From Octopus sinensis (lineage: Eukaryota): a stretch of 64,000 bases of DNA. The DNA lies in the NCBI RefSeq assembly GCF_006345805.1, contig NC_043002.1:47802001-47866000 (forward strand). Reading direction: 5' to 3'. Positions within the stretch are counted from its first letter, which is position 1. Each line of letters begins with the position of its first letter. A program made the translations under genes and the position numbers. The notes beneath the pieces were generated by a model, which worked only from the letters and a program-made list of their open reading frames with translations, ran no database searches and was not told the DNA's origin. Positions 1 through 12,043 of this stretch are shown here, one piece after another.

Positions 1-1481
1 GTGGTTTCCAGTTTGGGGAAGAGCCAAAAGTCACACAGTACTAAGTTGGAAAAGTAGGGAACCTGTCGAACAAGTGTTGTGTTGTTGTTGACCAGGATAA
101 CTTGAATTATGTGGGCAGAATGAGTGGACACATTGTTGTGGTGAAGTTGCTGATTCTTCGCTGCCCACATGTCTGGTTGCTTTTGATGCATGGCATTATG
201 AAGGCAATGTATAACCTCCAAGTGGTATTTCTTATTCATTGTTTGGCCTTGTGGTGTGTATTCATAATGCACAATACTACAGGAGCCAAAGAAAAAGGTC
301 AACCTTACCTTCACATTGCTGCAAACCTATCATGTTGTTTTGTGCCTTGGTGATGACTAATGCTTCCATTGGGAGGACTGGAACTTGGTTTCTGGGTCAT
401 AACCATCAACCTATGTCTCATCCCCAGTGATGATGGTCTTCATGCAGTCTAGGTCATGGGTTGCACAGTCCAACATGTCCTACACAGTTTCCATCTGGAG
501 TTGCTTCTGGTGTTCTGCTAGAACTTTCACAACGAATTTCATTGATACTATCCACAGGTACAAATTGCCAGTCAAAATGAAATGCACTGATTCCCACTTC
601 ATGAGCAATTTCTTGTATTGTTACACAACGGTCTTCCAATTGGTTCTTTGTTTTGGCTTGAGAATGGCCTGTCTGTGCATATTTCACTCTCCACTGAGGT
701 GTGGCTAGGTTTGAAGCAGCTTTACCACTCCTTGATCTGACGTTTTCCCATGGCATCATTATCAAAGGCCTGCTGAATCTTCTGGTAGGTTTGAAATTGA
801 GTATACTCTCTCTTTTACTCTTTTACTGGGTTCAGTCATTTTGGCTGTGGCCATGCTGGAGCACTGCCTTTAGTCAAGCAAATCGACCCCAAGACTTATT
901 CTTTGTAAGCTTAGTACTTATTCTATTGGTCTCTTTTGCTGAACTGCTAAGTTACAGGGACGTAAACACACCAGCATCGGTTGTCAAGCAATGTTGGGGG
1001 GACAAACACAGACACACAAACATACACACACACATATATATACATATATACGACAGGCTTCTTTCAGTTTCCGTCTACCAAATCCACTCACAAGGCTTTG
1101 GTTGGCTTGAGGCTATAGTTGAAGACATTTGCCCAAGGTGCCATGCAGTGGGACTGAACCCGGAACCATATGGTTTGTAAGCAAGCTGCTTACCACACAG
1201 CCACTCCTACGCCTAATTATCACCAAACTTTTGGCAAAACATTTTGCGATATCTATGCTCAATGTGTTCAGTCATCTTATATGAAAACAAAAATCTGATG
1301 AGTGTGAACTACACATATGTACTCTAAGCATAACAGCTGATAGCTGACATGGCCTACTGGTACCAAAAATTTTCATTCATGCTTAGGAAGGGTGGATTCA
1401 CTTCCCACTTAAAGGATTTTGGCCACACAGCATTAGTTTTGGCAAGAACAAAACAAAGTCAGATATTTTTAACACACCTCA
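1..1481 (-). mobile_element. Degenerate mariner (Tc1/mariner) transposon, runs off the window's left edge, interrupted by a SINE at about 803-1214
   Basis: Minus-strand frames give mariner motifs: MTEHIEHR..FCQKFGD (N-terminus near 1260), IITGDET*VDGYDPETKFQSSQWKH, HHNN (HDNA equivalent), PYFSNLVLCDFWLFPKL (YSPDLAPxD equivalent). A 5' TIR-like end (TGAGGTGTGTTAAAAATATCTGAC on the minus strand) abuts TA at about 1482. Confidence 0.85.
803..1214 (-). mobile_element. Near full-length tRNA-derived SINE (CORE-like family with (AAAAGAGT)n tail) inserted in the mariner ORF
   Basis: Minus strand has A-box-like TGGCTGTGTGGTAAG, B-box-like GGTTCAGTCCCAC, central GGCACCTTGGGCAA resembling the CORE domain, and a repeated AAAAGAGT tail. 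Same family as 49183-49588. Confidence 0.85.
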
Positions 1482-1505
1482 TATATGTATATTTATACAG
1501 ACACA

Positions 1506-1576
1506 TGTATGTATGTATGTATGTATGTATGTATGTATGTATGTATGTATGTATGTATGTATGTATGTATGTATGT
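1506..1576. repeat. (TATG)n tetranucleotide microsatellite
   Basis: Direct reading of a perfect atgt repeat. Confidence 0.95.
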
Positions 1577-1716
1577 ATCTTTTATATTTTACTTGTTTCA
1601 GTCATTGGAGTGCTGCACTAAGTTATAGGGATGTAAACACTGGTTATCAAGTGGTAGTGGGAAATGTAGATATAGATAAAGATACATACACACACTTCAT
1701 CATGTATATGTATATA

Positions 1717-3004
1717 TTGAGTCATCCCATAAATAATGTGTTTTTTTATACTTCTTTTATTTTTCAAAATTAAGATAAACCAAGATTTTTTAAAATCTAA
1801 AATATACTCTCCTTCGTTTTCTACAATGCTCTTCCATCTATCTGGAAGACTTCCAAGGGCCCTCTTCTGAAATTCACTTGTCTGAGATGAAAAATACTCC
1901 TCCAGTACTATTCTGACCTCGTTTACAGAATTCATATTTTTTCTGTCCAAATGATTTTGAAGACTACGGAATAAATAATAATGAGATGGGGCAATGTCTG
2001 GCAAATATGGTGGGTGGGTCATCGCTTCCTATTTAAACTGCACCAACTTTTGGAATGTCATCCTCACTGCATGGGGCTGAGCATTATCCTGATGGAAAAT
2101 CACCTTTCATTGAGAAGTCAAAGATGGTCGTTTTTCTTCTAGAGCTGACTTCAGCCACTCAAGCTGCTCACAGTAGATCTCTTTTGTTATCATTTGGTTT
2201 GGGTTTGAAAGCTTAAAATGGACTAAACCTTTCATATCCCACCAGACATATAACAATACCTTACATGAGTGAAGACCTTCTTTAGCCTGGGGTGCTGGTA
2301 TTTCTCTTTTCCCTACCCACTGTCTTTGGCACTTGACATTTTTATAGAGAACACATTTCTAATTGCCAGTCACTATTCAGTCCAAAAAAGGTTCATTTGT
2401 GAGATGTTTCATCAAAGAAGAGCACGCGTTCATTCTCTGCACATGATTAGACACAGAAAGTTTGTGAGGAACCCACTGACCCAATTTGCTGACTTTTCTG
2501 ATGGCACACAGGTGTTGATGAATGGTTGAATGACCAAATCCAAGATTCTCTGCTAGTTCCTCAACAGTTACGATAGGATTTTGTTTCACCAGGGTTTGCA
2601 GGATGTCCTTGTTGAACTCCACAGATCTTTCAGGATGAGGCTCTTCTTTTAGACTGTAGTTTCCAGCTTGGAATTTCTGGAACCACCATTGACACTGGCT
2701 TATGCTTATTGCCCAATCCCCATACACTGCATTAATATTCTCCACACTTTCTGTTGTGTTGTTGCCTTTATTGAACTCATAAAGCAAAATATGCCAAATA
2801 TGCTCCTTTGTCACTTCCATTATAACTTTGAAAAAATAACTGTTAAAATCGAACTGCACTCTTTAAAACTTGCACTATGAATAAGTACAAGGTAAAATGA
2901 CTACCTGCTTTTATAGCAAGCTAATGGAGGTAGTTTATCCCATCCCACTCCAACCTTTAGTTCATGCAATTGAAACAAACTGCATTATTTATAGGATGAC
3001 TCAA
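1717..3004 (-). mobile_element. Full-length (about 1.29 kb) inactivated mariner with Hsmar1/SETMAR-like transposase
   Basis: TIRs TTGAGTCATCCCATAAATAATG (1717) and CATTATTTATAGGATGACTCAA (3004), each flanked by TA. The transposase pseudo-ORF starts MEVTKEHIWHILLYEFNKG, contains WVPHKL and HPPYLPDIAPSHYYLFRSLQNHL, and ends RWKSIVENEGEYILD. Stops and frameshifts are present. Confidence 0.95.
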
Positions 3005-3321
3005 TAAATATGTATGTATATATACACACACATGATAGGCTTCTTTCAGTTTCTGTCTACCAAACCTGCTCACAAAACTTTGGTCACACTTATTAGCAAA
3101 TGAAACGTGAGTAATGGTGAATAATTAATAGCGGAAATTTTTCCAATCTCCTGTTTTGATATATGTAGGTACATCTGCTACATGTGTGTATTATATGTAT
3201 GCATGCATGTATGAATGGATAGACAGATAGAAATAGATGATAGATAGATATTTACACACATGCATACACGTGTGTGTGTGTGCATATGTATATATGTGTA
3301 CACACACAAAAACGCATATGC

Positions 3322-3387
<66 letters not shown>

Positions 3388-3389
3388 AT

Positions 3390-3552
3390 TCTTTTATCCT
3401 TTTACTTGTTTCAATCTACCAAATCCACTCACCAGGCTTTTGTTGGCCCAAGGCTATAGTAGAAGATGCTTGCCCAAGGTGCCACGCAGTGGGACTGAAC
3501 CTGGAACTATGTGGTTGGAAAGCAAGCTTCTTACCACATGGCCATGCCTGCA
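3390..3552 (-). mobile_element. SINE fragment (same head as 803-1214), after a (TA)n tract
   Basis: Matches the 5' half of the SINE family: ccaaggtgccacgcagtgggactgaacc ... cttaccacatggccatgcct. Confidence 0.8.
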
Positions 3553-4124
3553 CCTATATATATATATATATGTCTATCAGCTTCTAAACTCTATCCTTGT
3601 CTGAAGTTATGTTTTGCCATAGGTGGACAGGTCCTCTGTAGTACTGCATATTACCAATCGGTACAGTAATTTGTCATCTGCTCTGTGAAATGCAGTATCT
3701 ACTTCATTGTAAGTCTTCTTCTGTCCCCCACTTCCCCATTTCTGTGGGTTCCACTAATTTAGAGTCGGCACATCTTTATGTATCAATCATTTCTTTATAT
3801 GTGACATTTTTCTCTCTTGCACACAGCACCTAGTTTTTTCTTTCAGCTGATTTTATTCTGATATTTATGCATATTAACATTATATACTTATTGGTTTATA
3901 CTTGCCTCATTTCTTCCTGATCTTCATAAGTTTACTGCCTTTAAGGCTCATGACTTACTATCATGCATCCTTGCAGTTTTAATGTAAACGTCGTACAAGT
4001 TACCCTTCAATCTGAGGAAGAAAATCTTCATTACCAACAGTAGTAATAATAGTACCCTGAACTTTTACCAACTTGTTCTTGTTTTGGCTAAAATATGTCT
4101 AAACAACCACCTCTCTGCTATATG

Positions 4125-4715
4125 TGAGCTAGCACCACATGACCATACCAGCACAGTTGTCTCTCTTGCACACCATATCTGATGTTTCTTATATACAACT
4201 TTTCTCTCAGGGTGCTTATACTCTGTTGTGCTTCACCATCTCATCTCATGTCTTTCTGGGTCTCCCTCTTTTGCAGGTTCCTTCCACTGTTAGGGCGTGA
4301 CACTTTTTCACACAGTTGTTCTCATCCATATGCACCACATGACCATACCAGCACAGTTGTCTCTCTTGCACACCACATCTGATGTCCAACTTTTCTCTCA
4401 GGGTGCTTATACTCTGTCATGTATGCACACTGACATTGCACATCCAAAGGAGCATACTAACTTCATTTCTTTCAAGCCTATGCATGTCCTCAGCAGTCAC
4501 AGCCCATGTTTTACTTCCATGTAACATGGCTGTTCACACACAGGCATCATACAGTCTACCTTCACTTTGAGCAGGAGGCCCTTTGCTACTAGTAGAGGTA
4601 GGAGCTCTCTGAACTTTGCCCAGTCTATTCTTATTCTAGCAGCTATGCTCTCAGAGCATCCACCTCTGTTACTGACTTGGTCACCTAGGTAACAGAAGCT
4701 ATCAACTACTTCTAG
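4125..4715 (-). mobile_element. RTE-clade LINE C-terminal fragment with an internal 200-bp-period duplication
   Basis: Minus strand encodes EKLEVVDSFCYLGDQVSNRGGCSESIAARIRIDWAKFRELLPLLVAKG, homologous to 33680-35545. A block of about 94 bp is repeated at 4132 and 4332. Confidence 0.85.
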
Positions 4716-4929
4716 TTTTTCTACAATAGCTCTGGGCCAACCAAAGTCTTGTGAGCAGATTTGATACATGGAAACTGAAAGAAGCTCATTGTATATATAC
4801 TTATATATATATTTAGGTTTGATAATTGCTAATGCATGAAACTCTCAGCCCTTGAGTCACTCTGTTGCTTCTGCTAAATATTAATAAAATAAATAAATAA
4901 ATAGATAATGCATGCATGCATGCAGACAT

Positions 4930-5115
4930 ATATATGGTTCAAAAGTGTACAAAAAAAATGGACAGAGACAGGTGACGGAACAACAAACAAGGTGTATTAA
5001 GTTTGATGTTCAGGAAAATGGAAGGGTCTTTAATATTTCAAGCCAATGCTCTTCTTCAGAAAGGATTGATATAGAGAAAAAAAACATCGCAATTAATAGT
5101 TGCACATTTTGAACT
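4930..5115 (-). mobile_element. Penelope-like element terminal (pLTR) fragment with a degenerate hammerhead-like core
   Basis: The minus strand reads CTTT-CTGAAGA-AGAGC-ATTG-GCTT-GAAA-TATT-AAAG. Homologous to 8181-8345. The Penelope assignment is inferred from the motif. Confidence 0.6.
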
Positions 5116-7859
5116 GATTGGAAAAAAAGAAGTTGTTGGTGACAAGGGAGACAACAGTAACCTGGCTAAAGTGTGAGCACACAGGCATGTGTGTATGGAC
5201 AAAGTGTGTGTATGTGAGCAAACATATGCATGAATATAAAGCTTATGTGGGTGTGTGTATGTATGTATGTGAATATGTGTGATGCATGTGCAAGTATGTG
5301 CATGTATGTGGAGCGATGTGTGCATATGTGCTCTGTGTATTTATATGTGCATCTGTGTGTGAGTGGATGTGTGTGATTGTGTGAGGTTATATAATGTATG
5401 TTTAAGGCTATCAGTTGTGTGTGTATATGTGTGTGGGTGCAAACATGGGTGTATCAGCTGATTTGAGCATGTATTTAATGCATACATTCATTATTAATAC
5501 ATTCTGACAGTTTCAGATTGGAATATCTTATCACAGTTGTACTTTTGTTAGATTCTGGTCTCGGGTAGCTCTGGCTGATACACAATACGATTGAAATTTT
5601 AGATGTTTTGAAATTTGCATTCACCAGTGAATCGCATGAGACACCACAATAATTTCACTTTATTGTGTGTCATAAAAAGCTAGCTGAAGTTCAAACACGA
5701 ACAAGATAAGATGTCCCTGCTTCATCAAGGTGAGCAATATTTCTTGAACACGTGCTGAGTCTGAGTGTAGCAAGCAAGCTATCCAAACTATGCCAGCATA
5801 GAAAGCAGATATAATATGATAATGATATATGTGTGTGTGTACATAAACTCACACGTATATACATGCACATACATATACATATATTATAATAATATATTAT
5901 ATTGGAAGAATGGTTAACATTGCCAAGGAAACATAGAATGCAGTTGGTGACCAATTTGTTGAATGAGAATCATTGTAATTCTGCATAAATTTGTTATTCC
6001 AAGCACAATGTGTGTATTACTTGTGAGAGATATACATGTTACTTTTTTACTTCTTAAAATATTACTCACGTTTCAATGACCCACTATAAAAGAAAATAAC
6101 ACAATGCCATTCTAGCTATGACAACCCAGCCTGTATATTTTAAATATATGAAACATATATATTATATACAATAGATACACAATATATAGCAGTGCTGTGT
6201 AATAAACATCTACCATCATATCCTTTTAATTTATAATATATTTAGAAATTATTTTCTGCCTTATACATCTTCTGTTTTAAATATTGGAGAATATGATTGT
6301 GGTTAAAAAACTGACACATTCAGGTTTTTCAAATATTTTACCTCTCCTGGCCCTAAATTCTATACCAGAGAACTTAGCAAAGATTAAGGTGTTAATAAGT
6401 AAGAAAGAAATCAGGACCTTTATATTATTAGTGGATGGTCTTGCTCAATGTGCGGAAAAATATAGGTAGGTATGCCTGTATAAGCTAAGGAGGCACATAA
6501 GATATAATGGAATCACAGGGGTAATAAGAACTCAGGGAATATTGGAAATATATTCTCTAAAATGCTTGACTCACTAGAAAGAAATGATAGTTTCTGTTAT
6601 CTAAGTGGCAAATTAACAGTGAAGGTAGTTCTGAAAAAATAGTAGCCAGTTTAAGAATAGACTGAAAAATGTCCAGGGAGCTTTTACCCAATAACAAAGA
6701 TCTATTCCTTCAGAGAGATGGGCAAATTGTATGATACTTGCATATGAGCTATGATTTTGCATGATAGGGAAATGTGGATTTGGTAGTCTATATGTCATGT
6801 GGAACTAATCTTAAAATATTTTTTACACAAAATCCTACAGTGAATGTCTTTCATATCCTGAAGCTGATTGAGCAATGGTACGTGGTTATTCCAGCCATAA
6901 CCACATACCATTTTTTGTATATCTATGACTACATTGATCAATGCGTCCTTCATTTTGTAAGATGCTAACAAACAACTGGAAAGGAAGTTGATAAAAATGT
7001 TTGAGCAAGTCATTATTTTTCATGCACATGATGTATTTCCTACCTTACATATGTAGTCTATTGCAGTGTATAATACAATTAGACAACTATCAACTTGGAG
7101 AGGTGTTAGTTTTATGTTGGCAATACATAGTAGGATATAAATTTTTCACTTGGCCCAACCTTGACAGTTAGGCACTTAATTAAATCTGTCCACTAATATA
7201 GTGGTTTTTTCCTTATCATTTAGTCAAAAGGAAGTGGGTAAAGCTTATAACATTTTCATTTCCTCTGAGACCAGTGAGATTGATTTGATCTATATCCATC
7301 AGTAAGTTGACATATGCAGGTAAAACATGGACAGGAAGAAATTTCACTATGGTTCTAATTAGCAACATTTGCCAGAAACTTACCAAAGACCTTGTACATC
7401 ACACACCATACGAACTGTGATAAAAGCAGTTATATTGCTTTTACTACCGACAAGGTTTCAGTTAATTTGACCTGAAAATCTAATGATGTTGTTCTATGTT
7501 CTTCAAAAATTTTCCAGTTTGTGGATCAAATGTTTCGGTCAGTTTATGCCACTGAGACGTTTGCTGATGGGTACAATGTGTTTGCTTTTCTCATAACTCT
7601 GGTGTGACTCAAGCTTTGATTATATCTCCTACGCTATTTCTTCTGAAAAGTGTTCATCTTTTCATTTCTGACAACTTCTATGAAGATGATGCCAACTTGC
7701 ATTCCTACCTAACTTTAGACATATAAATGTGATCTTCATGCAATTAGACACTTCACACCTTTATGAAGGTTTTTTTGCTGATGTCAACCTTGAAAATATC
7801 TTGCAATAAAGATGTCTAGAACAGTCCTTTCTAGTAGTAAAATACACAATTAGTACACA

Positions 7860-8024
7860 TGTGAGTGCTGACTTGGTTGTGTGGTTAAGAAGTTAGCTTT
7901 GCAGCCATCTGATTCTAGATTCAATCTTACTGTGCAGCTGCTTGGACTACTGCTTTCTACCTTTAGCTTCAGGTTGACTAATATCTTGGAAGTAGAATTT
8001 GGTAACTGGAAACTATGAAGCCCA

Positions 8025-8027
<3 letters not shown>
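7860..8027 (+). mobile_element. Old, degenerate SINE 5' half ending in (TA)n
   Basis: ttggttgtgtggttaagaag ... gattcaatcttactg ... gaatttggtaactggaaact matches the CORE-like SINE head. Confidence 0.65.
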
Positions 8028-8064
<37 letters not shown>

Positions 8065-8180
8065 GCCATGATCTTCCAGGATGAGGCTCATCTAGGCAGT
8101 AGTTCTGGCTCAGGATTTCTGGAACCACCATTGACACTGGTTTATGCTTATTGCCTGATCCCCATATACTGCATTAATAT

Positions 8181-8345
8181 ATAGCTAGCCACTACACATT
8201 CTTTATTTTTCTGTGTTCCTTTCTGTGGAAGAGCGTTGGCTCGAAATGTTAAAGACTTTTTCACTTCCCAAGCATTATACTAATACATCTGTTTGTTGTC
8301 TACACCACCTGTCTTCGTCTTTTGTTTTTTTGTGTGAATTCTCCC
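8181..8345 (+). mobile_element. Penelope-like terminal fragment with a hammerhead-like core
   Basis: CTTT-CTGTGGA-AGAGC-GTTG-GCTC-GAAA-TGTT-AAAG at 8219-8254, followed by ctaatacatctgtttgttg, shared with the 4930-5115 copy. Confidence 0.6.
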
Positions 8346-8355
8346 TATATATATA

Positions 8356-9254
8356 TTGGGTCATGCCATAAATAATGCATTCTTTTATACTTCTCATATT
8401 TTTCAAAATTAAAGTTCTTTTTTAATCTAAAATATACTCTCCTTCATTTTCTACAATGCTCTTCCATCTATCTATCTGGTAGATTTACAAGGTCCCTCTT
8501 CCAAAATTTACTTGTCCATGACAAAAATACTCCTCCTCGTTTACAGAATTCATATTTTTTCTGTCCAAATGATTTTGAAGACTGCAGAATAAATGATAAT
8601 CAGATGGGGCAATGTCCGGCGAATATGGTGGGTGTGGCAAAAAAGGTTCATTCATGAGACATGACAGCAAAGAGGCGCACATATTCACTCTCTGTGTGCA
8701 ATTAGACTCAGAAACTTTGTGAAGAAACCATTGACCTAATTTGCTGACTTTCTGATGGCATGCAGGTGTCAATGAATGGTCGAATGACCAAATCCAAGTT
8801 TCTTTGCTAATTCCTCAACAGTTACAAAGGGATTTTGTTCCACTAGGGTTTGCAGGACATCCTTGTCAAGCTCTACAGATCTTCCAGGATGAGGCTCATC
8901 TAGGCAGTAGTTCTGGCTCAGGATTTCTGGAACCACCGTTGACACTGGTTTATGCTTATTGCCTGATCCCCATATACTGCATTAATATTCTTTGCCCTTG
9001 CTTTTGTGTTGTTGCCGTTATTGAACTCATAATCAAAATATGCTGAATATGCTCCTTTGTCACTTCCATTATAGCTTAGAAAAAATAACTGTTAAAATCG
9101 AACTGCACTCATCAAAACTTGCACTAAGAATAAGTACAAAGTAAAATTACTACTTGCTTTTATAGCAAGTTGATGAAGGTAGTTTATCCTGTTCCCTTCT
9201 GACTTTTAGCTCATGCAATTGAAAACAAACTGCATTATTTATGGGATAACCCAA
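8356..9254 (-). mobile_element. Internally deleted (about 0.9 kb) mariner, same family as 1717-3004
   Basis: TIRs TTGGGTCATGCCATAAATAATGC and GCATTATTTATGGGATAACCCAA flanked by TA. The ORF joins ...NEPF directly to LPHPPYSPDIAPSDYHLF, so about 380 bp including two catalytic Asp regions is missing at about 8640. Confidence 0.92.
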
Positions 9255-11410
9255 TATATATATATATATATATATATAATCACCCCATTTGATTTATGTG
9301 GATAATACCATACAAAATTCTGGTGCCTTTAACTTAAGTACCATATTCATCTGAATCTAAATTTTGCTGAATTTATATATATATATATAAATAAATATAT
9401 TTGTGCAGGTTTGTTTGCATATATCTTTTACTACTGTATATTGGTAAAAATTTCAAATTTTGAAAAAACTAAAAATACCTTGTGTAGCATTTGTTCTGCC
9501 TCAGTTGTACAGACAATCCATCATAAATCTTGTCATCAGAAATGCAGTGATCTAGTGATTGACACTTTAGAAATCTGGAACCATCAATATTATTGTTTCC
9601 CAAATGAATTATAAAACAAAAGTGTATAAGCATCATGGAACCAATCTTGTAACATACCCCTTTACTCATGAACAATATGTAATTCAAGTCTTGCGGCATA
9701 CCTAACAATCACTCATATTCTTCTCTGATAACCTGACCTCTATAACGTTGTAAAAACTGCATCTCATCTCAAAGGAAAGGCTTTCTGTTCAAGGCCAGAA
9801 AATACATCACCTCTGATTTATTGCTGACCTTCTACACAGCTTACATGCAATCTACATTAGAATACTGTGCTCATAGCTAGATTCTGCTGCTATTGCTAAA
9901 CACACAAACATGATTGATACTGATTACATTGAAAATAAGGAAATCCAGATGATTTACCAGCATGCTACATGCTGTTTCTTCAGTATGCATCATTTACTGT
10001 CACTCCAATGATTACTGCTTCTTTGATGAGTCTCTCTTTTCTTTGTATCTAACTGAACTTGACATGCCTGGCTCCCTTTCTTTCATTATCCCTTTCCGTC
10101 TTATATCTCATATTCTATACTAAATACCCAATCAGTTATGAGTATGAGACATAGGGGCAGAGCCTATTTGATAGCAAAATTGACACTGACTTATTTGACT
10201 ACAGATGCTGTAACGTTCCTCTCTCTGTTTATGTGTATGAGCATATTTCTCATTATGTGTATACACCAATTGTATTCTCATTATATGTATACACCAATTG
10301 TATTCAATTAATAAATTGTAATCTTGCTCGCCCTTCCTCCTTCTCTCTCTCTCTCTTCCTCTCTTTCTATCTGTATGTGTGCCTCCTGCACCAAAAAGTA
10401 CTATCACCAAAATAGGTTGAATGTCCAGTCAGCATTACCAAAGCCTCAGCATCCAAACAGTTGCACCCAACTATCTCATTCTGACCAATAATTTTCTTTT
10501 GAGACCAAAACCATCTGGCATCAACCATGTTGATATCACCAGACAAAAGAGATCTTGAAAATACTATAGCACTGTTTTTATTTCACGGACTAATAAACAC
10601 AGAACAAAAAGCCTTATAACAAGAGGAAGATAGAGTTTAGAAGGAATGTGATATTCTTACTTTAAATACTGCTGGGTTAAAGAATAATCATGGTGATGAT
10701 GTTAACAATAAAAATTGGCAGCAAGAATAATAACATTGATGATCTGGGAAGAAAGAAAAATCTAATGTTCTCCTTGAATCAAAGTGACTCATTCATTTTG
10801 TGATTAATAACTTTATAGGTGTACTGCTGCTTTAATGAAATAATGGTTTCTTAACCAGATATTAAGCCTAAGGCAAATAGATTTAAGTGATTTTGCCCAA
10901 AGATAGAATGTAATATGAGCAGATGAATACAAATTCAAAGCCTGAAAGCCAGAAGACTAGTATCTTATCTACTCAGCTACATTTAAGATTTAATGAAATA
11001 ATACCTGTGAAGACTCTTGTGAATAATTTTTTTTTCCTTTTTCCCTTAAGCATAATTCTAAAAACTGAAACGCAACAAAGATAGTAACATTATACAATAA
11101 AGTAGAATGGTTTAATATTTTAGTTTATTTCTTTCCTGCAGTAAAATGAAGGTGATTCAATTTCTTTTTCCCTATCTTTTCCTCTGTATAATTGGTTTCT
11201 TGTTTGGATATATGTCGGAACAATCTTAGTCTGTTGTCACTGTTTCATTATTCAATTTAAGAAACACATCTATCAACCTGTCACTTACAGCTTTCTTTTG
11301 TCTGATTGGTTTTCATTATGCAAACAGTGTGAGATAGTGATTTAGACCTATAAATACATACACACACATACACAAAAAAAATAAACAAACAAGCAAACAA
11401 AATAACTCAC

Positions 11411-11443
11411 CCATATTCCTTTGTTAATTACAGTTAAAAATGC
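11411..11443 (-). CDS. Candidate 33-nt internal exon (AFLTVINKGIW) of an unidentified minus-strand gene
   Basis: Acceptor ttttcttcgtattcctgctag, donor TGG|GTGAGT, only frame 0 open, length a multiple of 3. No homology recognised. Confidence 0.4.
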
Positions 11444-11654
11444 CTAGCAGGAATACGAAGAAAATGTTTCATTACTCAACTATTTAATGTTATCTGATTA
11501 CATATTTACAATACTAACATTTAATGTCCATTGATTGAATAGCTTCAAGAAATGATGAAAATTTGCATTTTCGCACTTAAACATCATAGCAGAATAGAAT
11601 ATAGGGACTTAATTTTATAGTTAGTCTCTATTTTCCCGTATGTATCATTTAGCT

Positions 11655-12005
11655 TATCTTTTACATGTTTCAGTCTCAGACTGGAACTATGCTGGTGCAT
11701 CACCTTGAACAGTTTTAGTTGAATAAATTGACACAAGTTCTTATTTCTTTTTCTCCAGCCTTGTATTTATTCAACTTGTCTCTTTTGCTGAACTGTTAAT
11801 TTATAGGAATGTAAACAAACCCATACCAGTTACCAACAGTGGCAGGGGACAAAAACAGACACAAAAACACACACGCACACAACATGCTTCCACACAGTTT
11901 CCATTTGTCAAATTTACTCACAAGGTATTGCGACGTATTAGGAGACATTGGGAGGTGCTGTGCAGTGGGACTGAACCTGAAATCATGTGATTGCAAAGCA
12001 ATGCC
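11655..12005 (-). mobile_element. Degenerate CORE-like SINE
   Basis: ttcagtc..gactgg..atgctgg..gcacc tail block and gtgggactgaacc head block, as in 803-1214. Confidence 0.7.
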
Positions 12006-12009
12006 TACT

Positions 12010-12043
<34 letters not shown>

